Positions 22,601 to 32,270 of a DNA stretch of 64,000 nt are shown one piece after another; position 1 is the first letter of the stretch; the number at the start of each line of letters is the position of its first letter. The notes beneath the pieces were generated by a model that did no database searches, was not told where the DNA came from, and saw only the letters and a program-made list of their open reading frames with translations. Position numbers and translations under genes: made by a program. Location of the stretch: contig DASWIE010000030.1 in assembly GCA_036397815.1 (NCBI GenBank), positions 3,272-67,271 of the forward strand, read 5' to 3'. The stretch is from Candidatus Limnocylindria bacterium. GTDB lineage: Bacteria; Chloroflexota; Limnocylindria; QHBO01.

Positions 22601-23433
22601 AGCTCCACGACCTGCAGCCGTCCTCCGGCTCGCACGAGCCGTCGCGTCGCGTCGGTCGCGGGCACGGTTCTGGCCGCGGCAAGACCGCCGGGCGCGGGAC
22701 GAAGGGCCAGAAGTCGCGAGCCGGGGGCGGGATCCCCGCCTGGTTCGAGGGCGGCCAGACCCCCCTCCACATCCGGACCCCGAAGCTGCACGGCTTCAAG
22801 AACCGATTTCGGGTGGAGTACGCGGGCGTCAACCTCGCTCGGCTGACGGAGGCTGCCGCCGGGACCCTGATCACGCCGGACGTGCTCAAGCACGACGGGC
22901 TGCTGCGCGACCGCAAGACCAGGCAGCTGCCGGTCAAGATCCTGGGCGGCGGCGATGCGCCGAAGGGCGTCACCATTCACGCGCACGCCTTCACCCGTTC
23001 CGCCCTCGCCAAGCTGTCGGCCGCGGGCAGCACGGCGCAGCGCATCAGCTGGCCGGAGGGCAACCCGGTCGACGAGGCCGCCGAGGCCGCTGAGGCCGCG
23101 AGCATCGAGGCCCGCGACTCTGCGAAGGCCGATGCCCGGGCCCGGGGCAAGGCCAAGCGGAAGGCGGCTCGCGGCGGGGCTCCGGCGCCTTCCGGGGCAC
23201 CCGCGAAGGGGTCGGCGGCAACGGCCACGGTCGATACGGCCGATGCGGAGGCCGAGTCCGCCGACATGGAGCCCACGGCAGAGACGGAGCCCGCGGAAGA
23301 GACTGAGCCCACCGCAGCGGCGGAGGCCGCGGAAGAGACTGAGCCCACCGCAGCGGCGGAGGTCGCGGCAGCGGCCGAAACCACCGCTGAGCCCCAGCCC
23401 ACGGCAGACGCCGAGAGCGAGGTCGAGCCCTAG
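22597..23433 (+). CDS. rplO: 50S ribosomal protein L15 with long acidic low-complexity C-terminal extension
   Basis: RVGRGHGSGRGKTAGRGTKGQKSR, FEGGQTPL; about 120-aa Ala/Glu/Thr tail. Confidence 0.97.
   Translation: MKLHDLQPSSGSHEPSRRVGRGHGSGRGKTAGRGTKGQKSRAGGGIPAWFEGGQTPLHIRTPKLHGFKNRFRVEYAGVNLARLTEAAAGTLITPDVLKHDGLLRDRKTRQLPVKILGGGDAPKGVTIHAHAFTRSALAKLSAAGSTAQRISWPEGNPVDEAAEAAEAASIEARDSAKADARARGKAKRKAARGGAPAPSGAPAKGSAATATVDTADAEAESADMEPTAETEPAEETEPTAAAEAAEETEPTAAAEVAAAAETTAEPQPTADAESEVEP
23291..23362 (+). repeat. Perfect 36-nt tandem duplication inside the rplO tail
   Basis: CCGCGGAAGAGACTGAGCCCACCGCAGCGGCGGAGG at 23291-23326 and 23327-23362. Confidence 0.95.
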
Positions 23434-24720
23434 GTGATCGACTCGCTCATCACCGCCTTCCGTGCGCCGGACATCCGGCGCAAGATCCTCTTCACGCTCG
23501 GGATCCTGCTGATCTTCCGGGTGCTCACCAACGTTCCCGTCCCGAACGTCGACCAGGAGCGGCTCTCGAACCTGTTCGAGACCAACCAGCTGCTCAGCCT
23601 GCTCGACCTCTTCTCGGGCGGTGGGCTGGCGACCGCCTCGATCATCGGGATGGGGGTGAACCCCTACATCAACGCCAGCATCATCATGCAGCTGATGCAG
23701 GGCGTCATCCCGAGCCTCGGGGAGCTGGCGCGCGAGGGCGAGTACGGGCGCAACAAGCTCAACCAGTACACCCGCCTGCTGACGGTCCCGATGGCCTTCG
23801 CCCAGGGCTACGGCTTCAGCGTCCTGCTGCAGGCCAACGGCGTGATCCCCCAGTCGGACCTGTTCAGCTTCCAGACCGCGTCCCTGCTGATCAGCTTCAC
23901 CGCCGGGACCATCCTGCTGATGTGGCTCGGCGAGCTGATCAGCGAGCGCGGGCTGGGCAACGGCATCAGCTTCATCATCTTCGCCGGCATCGTGGGGCGG
24001 ATCCCGCACCAGGCTGGCCCGATCGTCACCGGACCTGACGGCCTGCTGCGGATCATCCCGTTCGTGATCATCGCCATCGTGGTGATCGCGGGCGTGGTCT
24101 TCATCAACGAGGGCCAGCGCCGGATCCCCGTCCAATACGCCAGCCGCGTGCGCGGCCGGCGCATGTACCAGGGCCAGACCCAGTACCTGCCCCTCAAGGT
24201 GACGATGGCGGGCGTGATCCCGATCATCTTCGCCATCAGCATCCTGCTCTTCCCCGCCCAGATCGCCCAGTATTTCACCGCAAGCGACGTCGAGTGGGTA
24301 CGGAACACCGCGAACTGGATCGCGACCAACCTCGACGGACGCACCAATGTGCCGCTCTACGGATCGATGTACTTCGCGCTGGTCGTCTTCTTCACCTACT
24401 TCTATACGGCCTTCCAGTTCCGGCCCGATCAGACGGCCGACTTCCTGCGCAAGAACGGCGGCTTCATCCCGGGCATCCGGCCCGGCAAACCGACCGAGGA
24501 CTTCCTGTCGCGGGTCACGAACCGCATCACGCTCGGCGGCGCGTTATTCCTGGCCACGCTGGCGGTGCTCCCGCTGATCGTGGCCGCGGCGATCCCCGGC
24601 ACGCAGGGCCTCCAGCTGGGTGGCACCAGCATCCTGATCGTGGTGAGCGTCGTGGTTGAGACGATGAAGCAGCTGGAGGCGCAGATGCTGATGCGCCACT
24701 ACGAGGGCTTCATCCGGTGA
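23434..24720 (+). CDS. secY: Preprotein translocase SecY
   Basis: GVNPYINASIIMQL, GLGNGISFIIFAGIV, GGFIPGIRPG. Confidence 0.99.
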   Translation: MIDSLITAFRAPDIRRKILFTLGILLIFRVLTNVPVPNVDQERLSNLFETNQLLSLLDLFSGGGLATASIIGMGVNPYINASIIMQLMQGVIPSLGELAREGEYGRNKLNQYTRLLTVPMAFAQGYGFSVLLQANGVIPQSDLFSFQTASLLISFTAGTILLMWLGELISERGLGNGISFIIFAGIVGRIPHQAGPIVTGPDGLLRIIPFVIIAIVVIAGVVFINEGQRRIPVQYASRVRGRRMYQGQTQYLPLKVTMAGVIPIIFAISILLFPAQIAQYFTASDVEWVRNTANWIATNLDGRTNVPLYGSMYFALVVFFTYFYTAFQFRPDQTADFLRKNGGFIPGIRPGKPTEDFLSRVTNRITLGGALFLATLAVLPLIVAAAIPGTQGLQLGGTSILIVVSVVVETMKQLEAQMLMRHYEGFIR

Positions 24721-25403
24721 CCGATGCGGGCCACGGCCCGTCGGCGCCCGATCGGCGGCGCATCCTCCTGCTGGTCGGCGCGGCGGGCGCCGGCAAGGGC
24801 ACCCAGGCCGTGCTGCTGAGCCGCGAGCTTGGGCTCCCGCACCTGGCCTCAGGCGACCTGTTCCGCCAGGCGGTCCACGACGCCACCCCGCTCGGCGAGC
24901 AGGCGCGTGCCTACATGGAGCGCGGCGACCTCGTGCCTGACGAGGTCACGATCGGGATGTTCATGGATCAGCTGGCGCGGCCGAGCGCCGATCGCGGGGC
25001 GATCCTGGACGGCTTCCCACGCACCGTGGCCCAGGCCCGCGCCCTCGACGCCACCCTGGCGGGACAGGGTGAGCGCATCAACCGCGTCTTCTACATCGAG
25101 GTCCCGACCGATGAGCTGGTGGCGCGCCTCGCCGGGCGCTGGGTATGCCCAGCCTGCCGGACGATCTACCACGAGCTCACCGACCCGCCCCGCGTCCCGG
25201 GCATCTGCGACCGGGACGGAACGCCGCTCCAGCAGCGCGACGACGATCGTCCTGAGGTGGTGCGCGCGCGGCTCAGCAAGCAGGTGCCGCCGATGCTCGA
25301 GGTGGTCGACCATTACGACCGGTCGGGTGTCGTGACCCGCATCGGCGGGCGCCAGCCGATCGGGGCCGTGACCCGCGCAATCCTGGACGAGCTGGCCCGA
25401 TGA
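24717..25403 (+). CDS. adk: Adenylate kinase (zinc-lid type)
   Basis: GAAGAGKGTQA P-loop, LDGFPRT, CPAC..CDRD lid. Confidence 0.97.
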   Translation: MTDAGHGPSAPDRRRILLLVGAAGAGKGTQAVLLSRELGLPHLASGDLFRQAVHDATPLGEQARAYMERGDLVPDEVTIGMFMDQLARPSADRGAILDGFPRTVAQARALDATLAGQGERINRVFYIEVPTDELVARLAGRWVCPACRTIYHELTDPPRVPGICDRDGTPLQQRDDDRPEVVRARLSKQVPPMLEVVDHYDRSGVVTRIGGRQPIGAVTRAILDELAR

Positions 25404-26209
25404 GCAGCCCGTTGCGCGCGTCCCTTGTCACCATCAAGCGGCCGGAGGAGATCGCCCGCATGCGCCACGCCGGCGCGATCCTGGCCGACGTGCTCGACGC
25501 CCTCTACGCGGAGCTGCGTCCCGGGGTCTCGACGGCCGAGCTCGACCGGATCGCGGAAGAGATGATCCGCGGCGCCGGTGCCGTGCCCTCGTTCAAGGGC
25601 TATCGCGGGTCTGGCGGCGCCCCCAACTTCCCGGCGTCGATCTGCGCATCGCTGAACGACGAAGTGGTGCACGGCATCCCTTCACCGAAGCGGTGGATCC
25701 GCGACGGGGACGTGGTGAGCCTCGACGTCGGCTGCATCTGGGACGGATGGCACGCCGACTGCGCCCGCACCTGGCCGGTCGGCGACGTGCCCCGCCGCGT
25801 CCAGCGGCTGATCGACGCCACGCGGCGCGGGATGGAGGCGGGGATCGCGGCCGCTGTGCGCGGCAACCGGATCGGCGACGTGGGAGTGGCCATCGAGGCG
25901 GTGGCCCTCGAGCACGGCTATGGCGTGGTCCGCCCGTTCGTGGGCCACGGCATCGGCCAACAGATGCACGAGGAGCCGCAGGTGCCGAACTACCGACCGA
26001 GCAGCCCCGGGCTGCGGATCGAGACGGGCATGTGCTTCGCCATCGAGCCGATGTTCAACCTGGGCGGCGACGACGTCGTGCTGCTCGACGATGGCTGGAC
26101 GGTGGTGACCGAGGACGGCAGCATCTCGGCCCATTTCGAGAACACGATCGCCGTGACGGACGCTGGGCCGGAGGTGCTCACCGACCGATCAGCAGCCATC
26201 GGGCTATGA
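25400..26209 (+). CDS. map: Methionine aminopeptidase type I
   Basis: VVHGIP, GHGIG..HEEPQV, AIEPM, SAHFENT. Confidence 0.98.
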   Translation: MSSPLRASLVTIKRPEEIARMRHAGAILADVLDALYAELRPGVSTAELDRIAEEMIRGAGAVPSFKGYRGSGGAPNFPASICASLNDEVVHGIPSPKRWIRDGDVVSLDVGCIWDGWHADCARTWPVGDVPRRVQRLIDATRRGMEAGIAAAVRGNRIGDVGVAIEAVALEHGYGVVRPFVGHGIGQQMHEEPQVPNYRPSSPGLRIETGMCFAIEPMFNLGGDDVVLLDDGWTVVTEDGSISAHFENTIAVTDAGPEVLTDRSAAIGL

Positions 26210-26222
26210 CCAGGATCCGCCG

Positions 26223-26252
26223 TTGTGCCGGCTGGCCGGTCTCGTGTATACT
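26223..26252 (+). promoter_or_regulatory. Probable internal promoter for infA-rpmJ-alpha genes
   Basis: TTGTGC (26223-26228), 18-nt spacer, TATACT (26247-26252). Confidence 0.55.
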
Positions 26253-26334
26253 CTTCATTCTGGTCGCCCGGGCGGCGGCCTTTCCGTGTGTTCCCAACCA
26301 ATCAATCAGACAGCAGTTCGAGGGTGCGTAGCGC

Positions 26335-26553
26335 TTGGCGAAAAAGGATGCAATCGAGGTTGAGGGAGAGGTAGTCCTCCCCCTGCCGAACGCGATGTTC
26401 AAGGTGCGGCTCGAGAACGGGCACGAGGTGCTCGCCCACATCTCCGGCAAGCTGCGCCAGAACTTCATCCGCATCCTGCCCGGCGACACCGTCCGCGTCG
26501 AGCTGAGTCCCTACGACCTCACCCGGGGTCGCATCACGTACAGGATGAGATGA
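26335..26553 (+). CDS. infA: Translation initiation factor IF-1
   Basis: [27 protein letters not shown]; TTG start. Confidence 0.98.
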   Translation: MAKKDAIEVEGEVVLPLPNAMFKVRLENGHEVLAHISGKLRQNFIRILPGDTVRVELSPYDLTRGRITYRMR

Positions 26554-26663
26554 AGGTTTCTGCGTCCGTAAAGCCGCGCTGTGAGCGCTGCAAGGTGATC
26601 AAGCGCTCCGGCGTGGTGATGGTCATCTGCGTCATCCCCAAGCACAAGCAGCGGCAGGGGTAG
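26550..26663 (+). CDS. rpmJ: 50S ribosomal protein L36, zinc-binding type (absent from ORF track)
   Basis: Manual translation [37 protein letters not shown] (37 aa); ATGA overlap with infA stop. Confidence 0.97.
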   Translation: MKVSASVKPRCERCKVIKRSGVVMVICVIPKHKQRQG

Positions 26664-26670
26664 CGCGAGC

Positions 26671-27042
26671 GTGGCACGAATCTCCGGCGTCGACATCCCC
26701 CGCGAGAAGCGGGTGATCGTGTCGCTGACGTATATCCACGGCATCGGCCCCACCTCGGCGAATCAGATCCTGAAAGCCGCCAACGTCTCCGAGGACACGC
26801 GGGTCCGCGACCTGACCGAGGACGAGGTCAACCGCATTCGAGAGCTGATCGACAAGCGCTTCAAGGTCGAGGGCGACTTGCGCCGCGAGGTCAGCATGAA
26901 CATCAAGCGCTTGATGGAGATCGGCTCCTACCGGGGCATCCGTCATCGACGCAACCTACCGGTGCGCGGGCAGCGCACCAAGACGAACGCGCGCCAGCGC
27001 CGCGGCTCGCGCAAGACGGTCGGCGTCCGACGCAAGAAGTAA
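26671..27042 (+). CDS. rpsM: 30S ribosomal protein S13
   Basis: [22 protein letters not shown]. Confidence 0.99.
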   Translation: MARISGVDIPREKRVIVSLTYIHGIGPTSANQILKAANVSEDTRVRDLTEDEVNRIRELIDKRFKVEGDLRREVSMNIKRLMEIGSYRGIRHRRNLPVRGQRTKTNARQRRGSRKTVGVRRKK

Positions 27043-27080
27043 CCAGATCCACCCTCACCCGCGAGTGACACAGGAGTTCC

Positions 27081-27476
27081 ATGGCTGAGCGGAAGCGCGC
27101 CGCGCGCACCAAGAAGCGAGAGAAGAAGAACGTCCCGGTGGGACACGCCCACATCCAGTCCACGTTCAACAACACGATCGTGACGATCACCGACACGACC
27201 GGAAACGTGGTCAGCTGGGGCAGCGCCGGGCTGGTCGGCTTCAAGGGCTCGCGCAAGAGCACGCCATACGCCGCCGCGCAGACCGCCGATTCGGCCGCGC
27301 GCCGCGCCATGGAGCACGGGATGCGCCAGATCGAGGTCTTCGTCAAGGGCCCCGGTGCCGGGCGCGAGCAGGCGATCCGCTCCCTCCAGGCCGCCGGCCT
27401 GGAGGTGACCGCCATCACCGACGTGACCCCCATCCCGCACAACGGATGCCGCCCGCCGAAGCGGCGACGGGTCTAG
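27081..27476 (+). CDS. rpsK: 30S ribosomal protein S11
   Basis: [38 protein letters not shown]. Confidence 0.99.
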   Translation: MAERKRAARTKKREKKNVPVGHAHIQSTFNNTIVTITDTTGNVVSWGSAGLVGFKGSRKSTPYAAAQTADSAARRAMEHGMRQIEVFVKGPGAGREQAIRSLQAAGLEVTAITDVTPIPHNGCRPPKRRRV

Positions 27477-27488
27477 GGAGCGATCGAG

Positions 27489-28115
27489 ATGGCCCGATAC
27501 ACCGATCCGGTCTGCCGCATCTGCCGCCGCGAGGGGCTGAAGCTGTTCCTCAAGGGGAGCCGCTGCTACACCAAGAAGTGCTCCTTCGAGCGGCGCAGCA
27601 CGCCGCCCGGCATGAACACCCAGCGCCGCCGCAAGGTGAGCGAGTTCGGCATCCAGCTCCGCGAGAAGCAGAAGGTCCGCAAGAGCTACTCGGTACTCGA
27701 GAAGCAATTCCGCAACTACTTCGAGAAGGCCGAGCAGCGCAAGGGCATGACCGGCGAGAACCTGCTGCGCATGCTCGAGATGCGGCTGGACAACGTCGTC
27801 TTCCGGATGGGCCTGGCCACCTCACGCGCTCAGGCGCGCCAGCTGGTGGGCCACGGCCACTTCGCCGTCAACGGCAAGCCGACCAACATCCCCAGCTTCG
27901 CGACCAAGGTCGGCGACCGGATCGAGGTCCGGGAGAGCCGCCGCGGCCGCGAGATCTTCAAGGCCGTCACCGAGACGATCAAGTCCGCGCAGATCCCCGA
28001 GTGGGTGAGCGTCGACGGGGGCAAGCTCGCCGGGTCCATCCTGGCCGAGCCCGTCCGCGAGCAGATGCCACCCGAGTTCAACGAGCAGCTGGTCGTCGAG
28101 TACTACTCGCGATAG
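27489..28115 (+). CDS. rpsD: 30S ribosomal protein S4, zinc-binding type
   Basis: MARYTDPVCRICRREG, RLDNVVFR, LVVEYYSR. Confidence 0.99.
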   Translation: MARYTDPVCRICRREGLKLFLKGSRCYTKKCSFERRSTPPGMNTQRRRKVSEFGIQLREKQKVRKSYSVLEKQFRNYFEKAEQRKGMTGENLLRMLEMRLDNVVFRMGLATSRAQARQLVGHGHFAVNGKPTNIPSFATKVGDRIEVRESRRGREIFKAVTETIKSAQIPEWVSVDGGKLAGSILAEPVREQMPPEFNEQLVVEYYSR

Positions 28116-28137
28116 CAGCAGGAGTAAGCATCCCTTC

Positions 28138-29160
28138 ATGATCGAACTAGAGACAACCACGCCGGCGCCTCGCATCGAGGAGGTCGAGTCGAACGGCAAC
28201 CTCTCCGTCTTCGAGGTCAATCCGCTCGCCGACGGATACGGCGTCACGCTGGGCAACGCGCTGCGCCGCGTGCTGCTCAACTCCCTCGAGGGGGCGGCCG
28301 TCACCTCGATCCAGATCGCCAATGTCTTCCACGAGTTCAGCACGCTGCCGAACGTGAAGGAGGACGTGACCCAGATCGTCCTGAACATCAAGAAGATGCG
28401 GCTGCGCTCGTTCGCCCGCCACGCTGTCACGCTCAAGCTGGTGAAGCACGGCGCCGGGCCGGTGACCGCCGGCGACATCGCCGAGTCGGCGGACGTCGAG
28501 ATCGTCAACTCCGAGCTGGTGCTGCTCACCCTGGATAGCGACGCCGGCTCGATCGAGATGGACCTGACCGTCGAGACGGGGGTTGGCTACCGCCCCGCCG
28601 AGCACACCGAGGACATGCCGATCGGGATCATCCCGGTCGACGCCATCTTCTCGCCGGTGCGCCGGGTCAACTTCGTGGTCAGTGACACGCGCGTCGGCCA
28701 GATGACTAACTTCGATCGCCTGACGCTCGACATCGAGACCGATGGCACCAGCACGCCGAAGGCGGCGCTGTCGGCGGCCGCCGACATCCTGGTGCGCGAG
28801 TTCAGCCGCTTCGCCGAGATCGGCCGCCGGCCTGCCGGCGGCGAGGAGGAGGCGCCGGCCCCGGTCGCCGCCAACCTGCTCGACGCCCCGATCGAGGAGC
28901 TGGACCTCCCGATGCGGGCCTACAACAGCCTGAAGCGGAACAACATCACCAAGGTCGGCCAGGTGCTCGCCCTCTCCGACGACGAGTTCCTGCGGATGCG
29001 CAACTTCGGCAAGAAGAGCCTGGACGAGCTGAAGGAACGCCTCGCCCTGCGTGGCTTCATCAGCCCAGAGTCGGCCGCATCGGATGCCGACGAGTCGGAC
29101 CTCCCCGCCTCGGCGGAGCTCGACGAGGCCGTCGCCGCCGAGCTCGACCGGGAGAGCTGA
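28138..29160 (+). CDS. rpoA: RNA polymerase alpha subunit
   Basis: GYGVTLGNALRRVLL, IPVDAIFSPV, RNFGKKSLDEL. Confidence 0.99.
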   Translation: MIELETTTPAPRIEEVESNGNLSVFEVNPLADGYGVTLGNALRRVLLNSLEGAAVTSIQIANVFHEFSTLPNVKEDVTQIVLNIKKMRLRSFARHAVTLKLVKHGAGPVTAGDIAESADVEIVNSELVLLTLDSDAGSIEMDLTVETGVGYRPAEHTEDMPIGIIPVDAIFSPVRRVNFVVSDTRVGQMTNFDRLTLDIETDGTSTPKAALSAAADILVREFSRFAEIGRRPAGGEEEAPAPVAANLLDAPIEELDLPMRAYNSLKRNNITKVGQVLALSDDEFLRMRNFGKKSLDELKERLALRGFISPESAASDADESDLPASAELDEAVAAELDRES

Positions 29161-29166
29161 GCCGAC

Positions 29167-29520
29167 ATGCCTCATCGGGTCACCGGCCGGAAGCTCGGCC
29201 GCTCCACCAGCCATCGCCTGCACATGCTGGCGAACCTGGCCGTGGCCGTGATCCGCTATGAGCGGGTCAAGACCACCGAGGCAAAGGCCAAGGAGGTCCG
29301 CGGCCTGGTGGACGGCATGATCACCATCGCCAAGCGAGGCGACCTGGCGGCGCGCCGATCGCTCGTCGCCGACATGCCGCACGAGCCGCTCATCGTCGAC
29401 AAGCTGATGGGCGAGCTGGCGACCAAATACGCCGACCGCAGCTCGGGGTTCACCCGGATCGTGAAGATCGGGGAGCGCCTTGGCGATGCGGCACCGATCG
29501 TCCAGATCGAGCTCGTCTGA
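29167..29520 (+). CDS. rplQ: 50S ribosomal protein L17
   Basis: RKLGRSTSHR, TTEAKAKE, GFTRIVK. Confidence 0.98.
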   Translation: MPHRVTGRKLGRSTSHRLHMLANLAVAVIRYERVKTTEAKAKEVRGLVDGMITIAKRGDLAARRSLVADMPHEPLIVDKLMGELATKYADRSSGFTRIVKIGERLGDAAPIVQIELV

Positions 29521-29560
29521 CACGACGCGGTCGATTGGGCGGACAACTACAGACGGATCG

Positions 29561-30346
29561 ATGGCTCCCGCGGTGCGACGGTGTGCCCGGGCGGTGATCG
29601 AGTACGACGGGACCGCCTTCGCGGGCTCCCAGTACCAGCCGAACGCTCGGACGGTGCAGGGGGAGCTGGAGGCGGCGCTTAACAGACTGACCGGCGAGAA
29701 GGTGCGAATCCGACTCGCCGGGCGAACCGATGCCGGTGTGCACGCCACCGGCCAGGTCGCGGCCTTCTGCCTCGCGCGCCGCAGGCGCGGCGCCGGGTTC
29801 GGGTGGCCTGAGCTGCAGCGACGGCTGAACGCCGTCCTGCCGCCGGACCTGGCGGTGCGGTCGCTCCGTCCGGTCCAACCCGGGTTCGACCCGCGGCGCG
29901 ACGCGTCATGGCGCGTCTACCGCTATCGGATCCGGATGCTGGGTGACCGGCGGCCGACCGATCGGCATCGGACGCTCGAGATAGGCGACCGGCTCGACAT
30001 CGTGGCCATGCGTGCCGCGGCGGGGGAGCTCACCGGACAGCGTGACTTCGCTGCGCTGGGGAGCGACCCAGTGGGCCGGACCGTGCGACACGTGTCGCAG
30101 GTGCTCGTCGTCCGGCGCGGGACCTCGGTCGAGGTGCGCGTCACGGCGAACGCGTTCCTGCGGCGGATGGTGCGCAGCATCGTGGCCCTCCTCCTGGAGG
30201 TGGGACGCGGACGGCTGGCGCCGGAAGCGATCGCCGGGTTGCTGGCGTCGGGATCGCGGGCCCTTGATGGGCGGGCGGTTCCGGCATCGGGCCTTACACT
30301 CGAGCGAGTCATCTACGAGAAGAAGACAAGAGAACGAAGAACGTGA
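29561..30346 (+). CDS. truA: tRNA pseudouridine(38-40) synthase
   Basis: [20 protein letters not shown] catalytic motif, FLRRMVR. Confidence 0.96.
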   Translation: MAPAVRRCARAVIEYDGTAFAGSQYQPNARTVQGELEAALNRLTGEKVRIRLAGRTDAGVHATGQVAAFCLARRRRGAGFGWPELQRRLNAVLPPDLAVRSLRPVQPGFDPRRDASWRVYRYRIRMLGDRRPTDRHRTLEIGDRLDIVAMRAAAGELTGQRDFAALGSDPVGRTVRHVSQVLVVRRGTSVEVRVTANAFLRRMVRSIVALLLEVGRGRLAPEAIAGLLASGSRALDGRAVPASGLTLERVIYEKKTRERRT

Positions 30347-30771
30347 AGACCTTCGCAGTCAAGGCGAGCGATATCGAGCGGCAGTGGTTGGTGGTCGATG
30401 CCACCGGCCAGACGCTGGGCCGGCTCGCCACGCGCATCGCCACCCTGCTCGAGGGCAAGCACAAGGTGACCTACTCGCCGCACCTGGACACCGGCGATCA
30501 CGTCGTGGTGATCAACGCGGCCAGGATCAAGGTCACCGGCAACAAGCTGATCCAGAAGCGCTACTACCGGCACTCCGGTTACCCCGGCGGCCTCAAGGAG
30601 GAGAGCCTCCAGACGCTCCTGGCCCGGAAGCCGGAGTTGGTCGTCGAGCGGGCCGTGAAGGGCATGCTGCCCCAGAACCGGCTCGGCCGGGCGATGTTCA
30701 AGAAGCTGAAGGTGTATGGCGGGGCGGAGCACCCGCACCAGGCCCAGCAGCCGACCGCTGCCGAGCTGTGA
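30343..30771 (+). CDS. rplM: 50S ribosomal protein L13
   Basis: [35 protein letters not shown]. Confidence 0.99.
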   Translation: MKTFAVKASDIERQWLVVDATGQTLGRLATRIATLLEGKHKVTYSPHLDTGDHVVVINAARIKVTGNKLIQKRYYRHSGYPGGLKEESLQTLLARKPELVVERAVKGMLPQNRLGRAMFKKLKVYGGAEHPHQAQQPTAAEL

Positions 30772-30787
30772 GAGGACGCAGGACGAC

Positions 30788-31180
30788 TTGAGTACCACCT
30801 ATATCTACGGCACCGGTCGCCGCAAGACATCGGTCGCCCGGGTCCGGCTGCTGCCGGGCGACGGGCAGATCGTCGTGAACGGCAAGGACGTGGCCGACTA
30901 CTTCGGTGGCACGGGCGGCGCCACCGCCCTGCGGCTGCCGTTCCGCGTGACGGAGACCGAGGGGCGGTACTCCGCAACGGTGCTGGTGGCCGGCGGCGGC
31001 TTCTCGGGCCAGGCCGGCGCGATCCGCCACGGAATCGCCCGTGCCCTGGTCAGCGCCCATCCGGACGCTCGGGGGGCCCTGCGCGACGCGGGCCTGCTGA
31101 CGCGCGACCCGCGCGCCAAGGAGCGCAAGAAGTACGGGCTGAAGCGAGCTCGCAAGGCGCCCCAGTACACAAAGCGCTAG
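30788..31180 (+). CDS. rpsI: 30S ribosomal protein S9
   Basis: [31 protein letters not shown]; TTG start at 30788 after GAGGA. Confidence 0.98.
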   Translation: MSTTYIYGTGRRKTSVARVRLLPGDGQIVVNGKDVADYFGGTGGATALRLPFRVTETEGRYSATVLVAGGGFSGQAGAIRHGIARALVSAHPDARGALRDAGLLTRDPRAKERKKYGLKRARKAPQYTKR

Positions 31181-31189
31181 ACCGATGGA

Positions 31190-31215
31190 CCCCGGCGGAG
31201 TCGCCGGGGCCCTTT
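31190..31215 (+). terminator. Possible intrinsic terminator after rpsI
   Basis: CCCCGGCG-GAGT-CGCCGGGG hairpin followed only by CCCTTT (weak U-tract). Confidence 0.45.
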
Positions 31216-31223
31216 GGTATGAT
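31215..31223 (+). promoter_or_regulatory. Extended -10 promoter for the cdaA operon
   Basis: TG-G-TATGAT about 36 nt upstream of GTG 31260. Confidence 0.55.
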
Positions 31224-31259
31224 CGGCGAAAGACGCTCAGAGGGGCCACCCACCGGAAC

Positions 31260-32270
31260 GTGCTCGACGCGATCAGCGATTTCCTGCAGACATACCTTCG
31301 CGGCACTTGGACGTCGCTGGTCGACATCGTGCTCGTCGCGATCGTCATCTACTGGATCTTCATCCTGATCCGCGGCACCCGAGCCGTGCGCATCGTCATC
31401 GGCCTCTCGATCCTGTACCTGATCTACCTGGTGGCGCAAGCCGCCGAGCTTCGGCTTCTCTCCACGCTGCTGCAGACGGGCGCGGTGGTCGGCCTGTTCG
31501 CGATCGTGGTCGTCTTCCAGCCGGAGCTTCGTCGCGCGCTGGAGCAGATCGGCCGCTTCGGCTCATTCAACCGCTTCTTCGTGTCGAGCGACGTGTCGGC
31601 CGCCGAGCGTGTCGCCCGTGAGATCAGCCGCGCCGCCCGGCTCCTGGCCGGATCGCGCCACGGCGCGCTGATCGTGCTGGAACGGGACACCGGCCTCCAG
31701 GACCTGGCGACCGATTCGGGCGTGCCGCTGCACGCCGACCTTCGCGCGGAGCTGCTGGCGACCATCTTCTACCACGGCACCGCCCTGCACGACGGGGCGG
31801 TGATCGTCTCCGGCGAGAAGATCATCGCTTCCGCCGTCCTCCTGCCGCTCTCGCAGAACGTGCTCGACAGTGAGCGCTACGGGACCCGCCACCGGGCGGC
31901 GATCGGCATCAGCGAGCAGACGGACGCGATCGTGGTGGTGGTCAGCGAAGAGACCGGCTCTATCAGCCTGGTGATGCGCGGCCGCATCGAGCGCAACCTC
32001 ACCGAGGAGCAGCTGCGCCGTCGCATCTTCAACCTGATCCGGCCCCAGGCGCCGCGCCAGCGCATGCCGCTCCTGCGTCGCAGCATCGAGGGGCGCTGGC
32101 AGGTCGGCCCGGAGGCCGAGATCGAGCATCCGATCGATCCCGACGCCCGAGTCGTGGTGGAGGGCCTCGACGCCGGCCTCAAGTCACCGCCCGCCCCGGC
32201 CGACGGCGAGGCACCCGCGCCCAAGCAGCCCAGCGAGCCGCCGATCGTCCCGGCCGAGCGGAGGGGCTAG
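31260..32270 (+). CDS. cdaA: Diadenylate cyclase CdaA/DacA (c-di-AMP synthesis)
   Basis: Three N-terminal TM helices, FQPELRRALEQIGR, catalytic HDGA and GTRHRAA, VVSEETG. Confidence 0.96.
   Translation: MLDAISDFLQTYLRGTWTSLVDIVLVAIVIYWIFILIRGTRAVRIVIGLSILYLIYLVAQAAELRLLSTLLQTGAVVGLFAIVVVFQPELRRALEQIGRFGSFNRFFVSSDVSAAERVAREISRAARLLAGSRHGALIVLERDTGLQDLATDSGVPLHADLRAELLATIFYHGTALHDGAVIVSGEKIIASAVLLPLSQNVLDSERYGTRHRAAIGISEQTDAIVVVVSEETGSISLVMRGRIERNLTEEQLRRRIFNLIRPQAPRQRMPLLRRSIEGRWQVGPEAEIEHPIDPDARVVVEGLDAGLKSPPAPADGEAPAPKQPSEPPIVPAERRG

Noticed and set aside
23291-23362. 36-nt repeat as a CRISPR repeat
   Set aside because: Two adjacent copies with no spacer, in frame within rplO, and no cas genes
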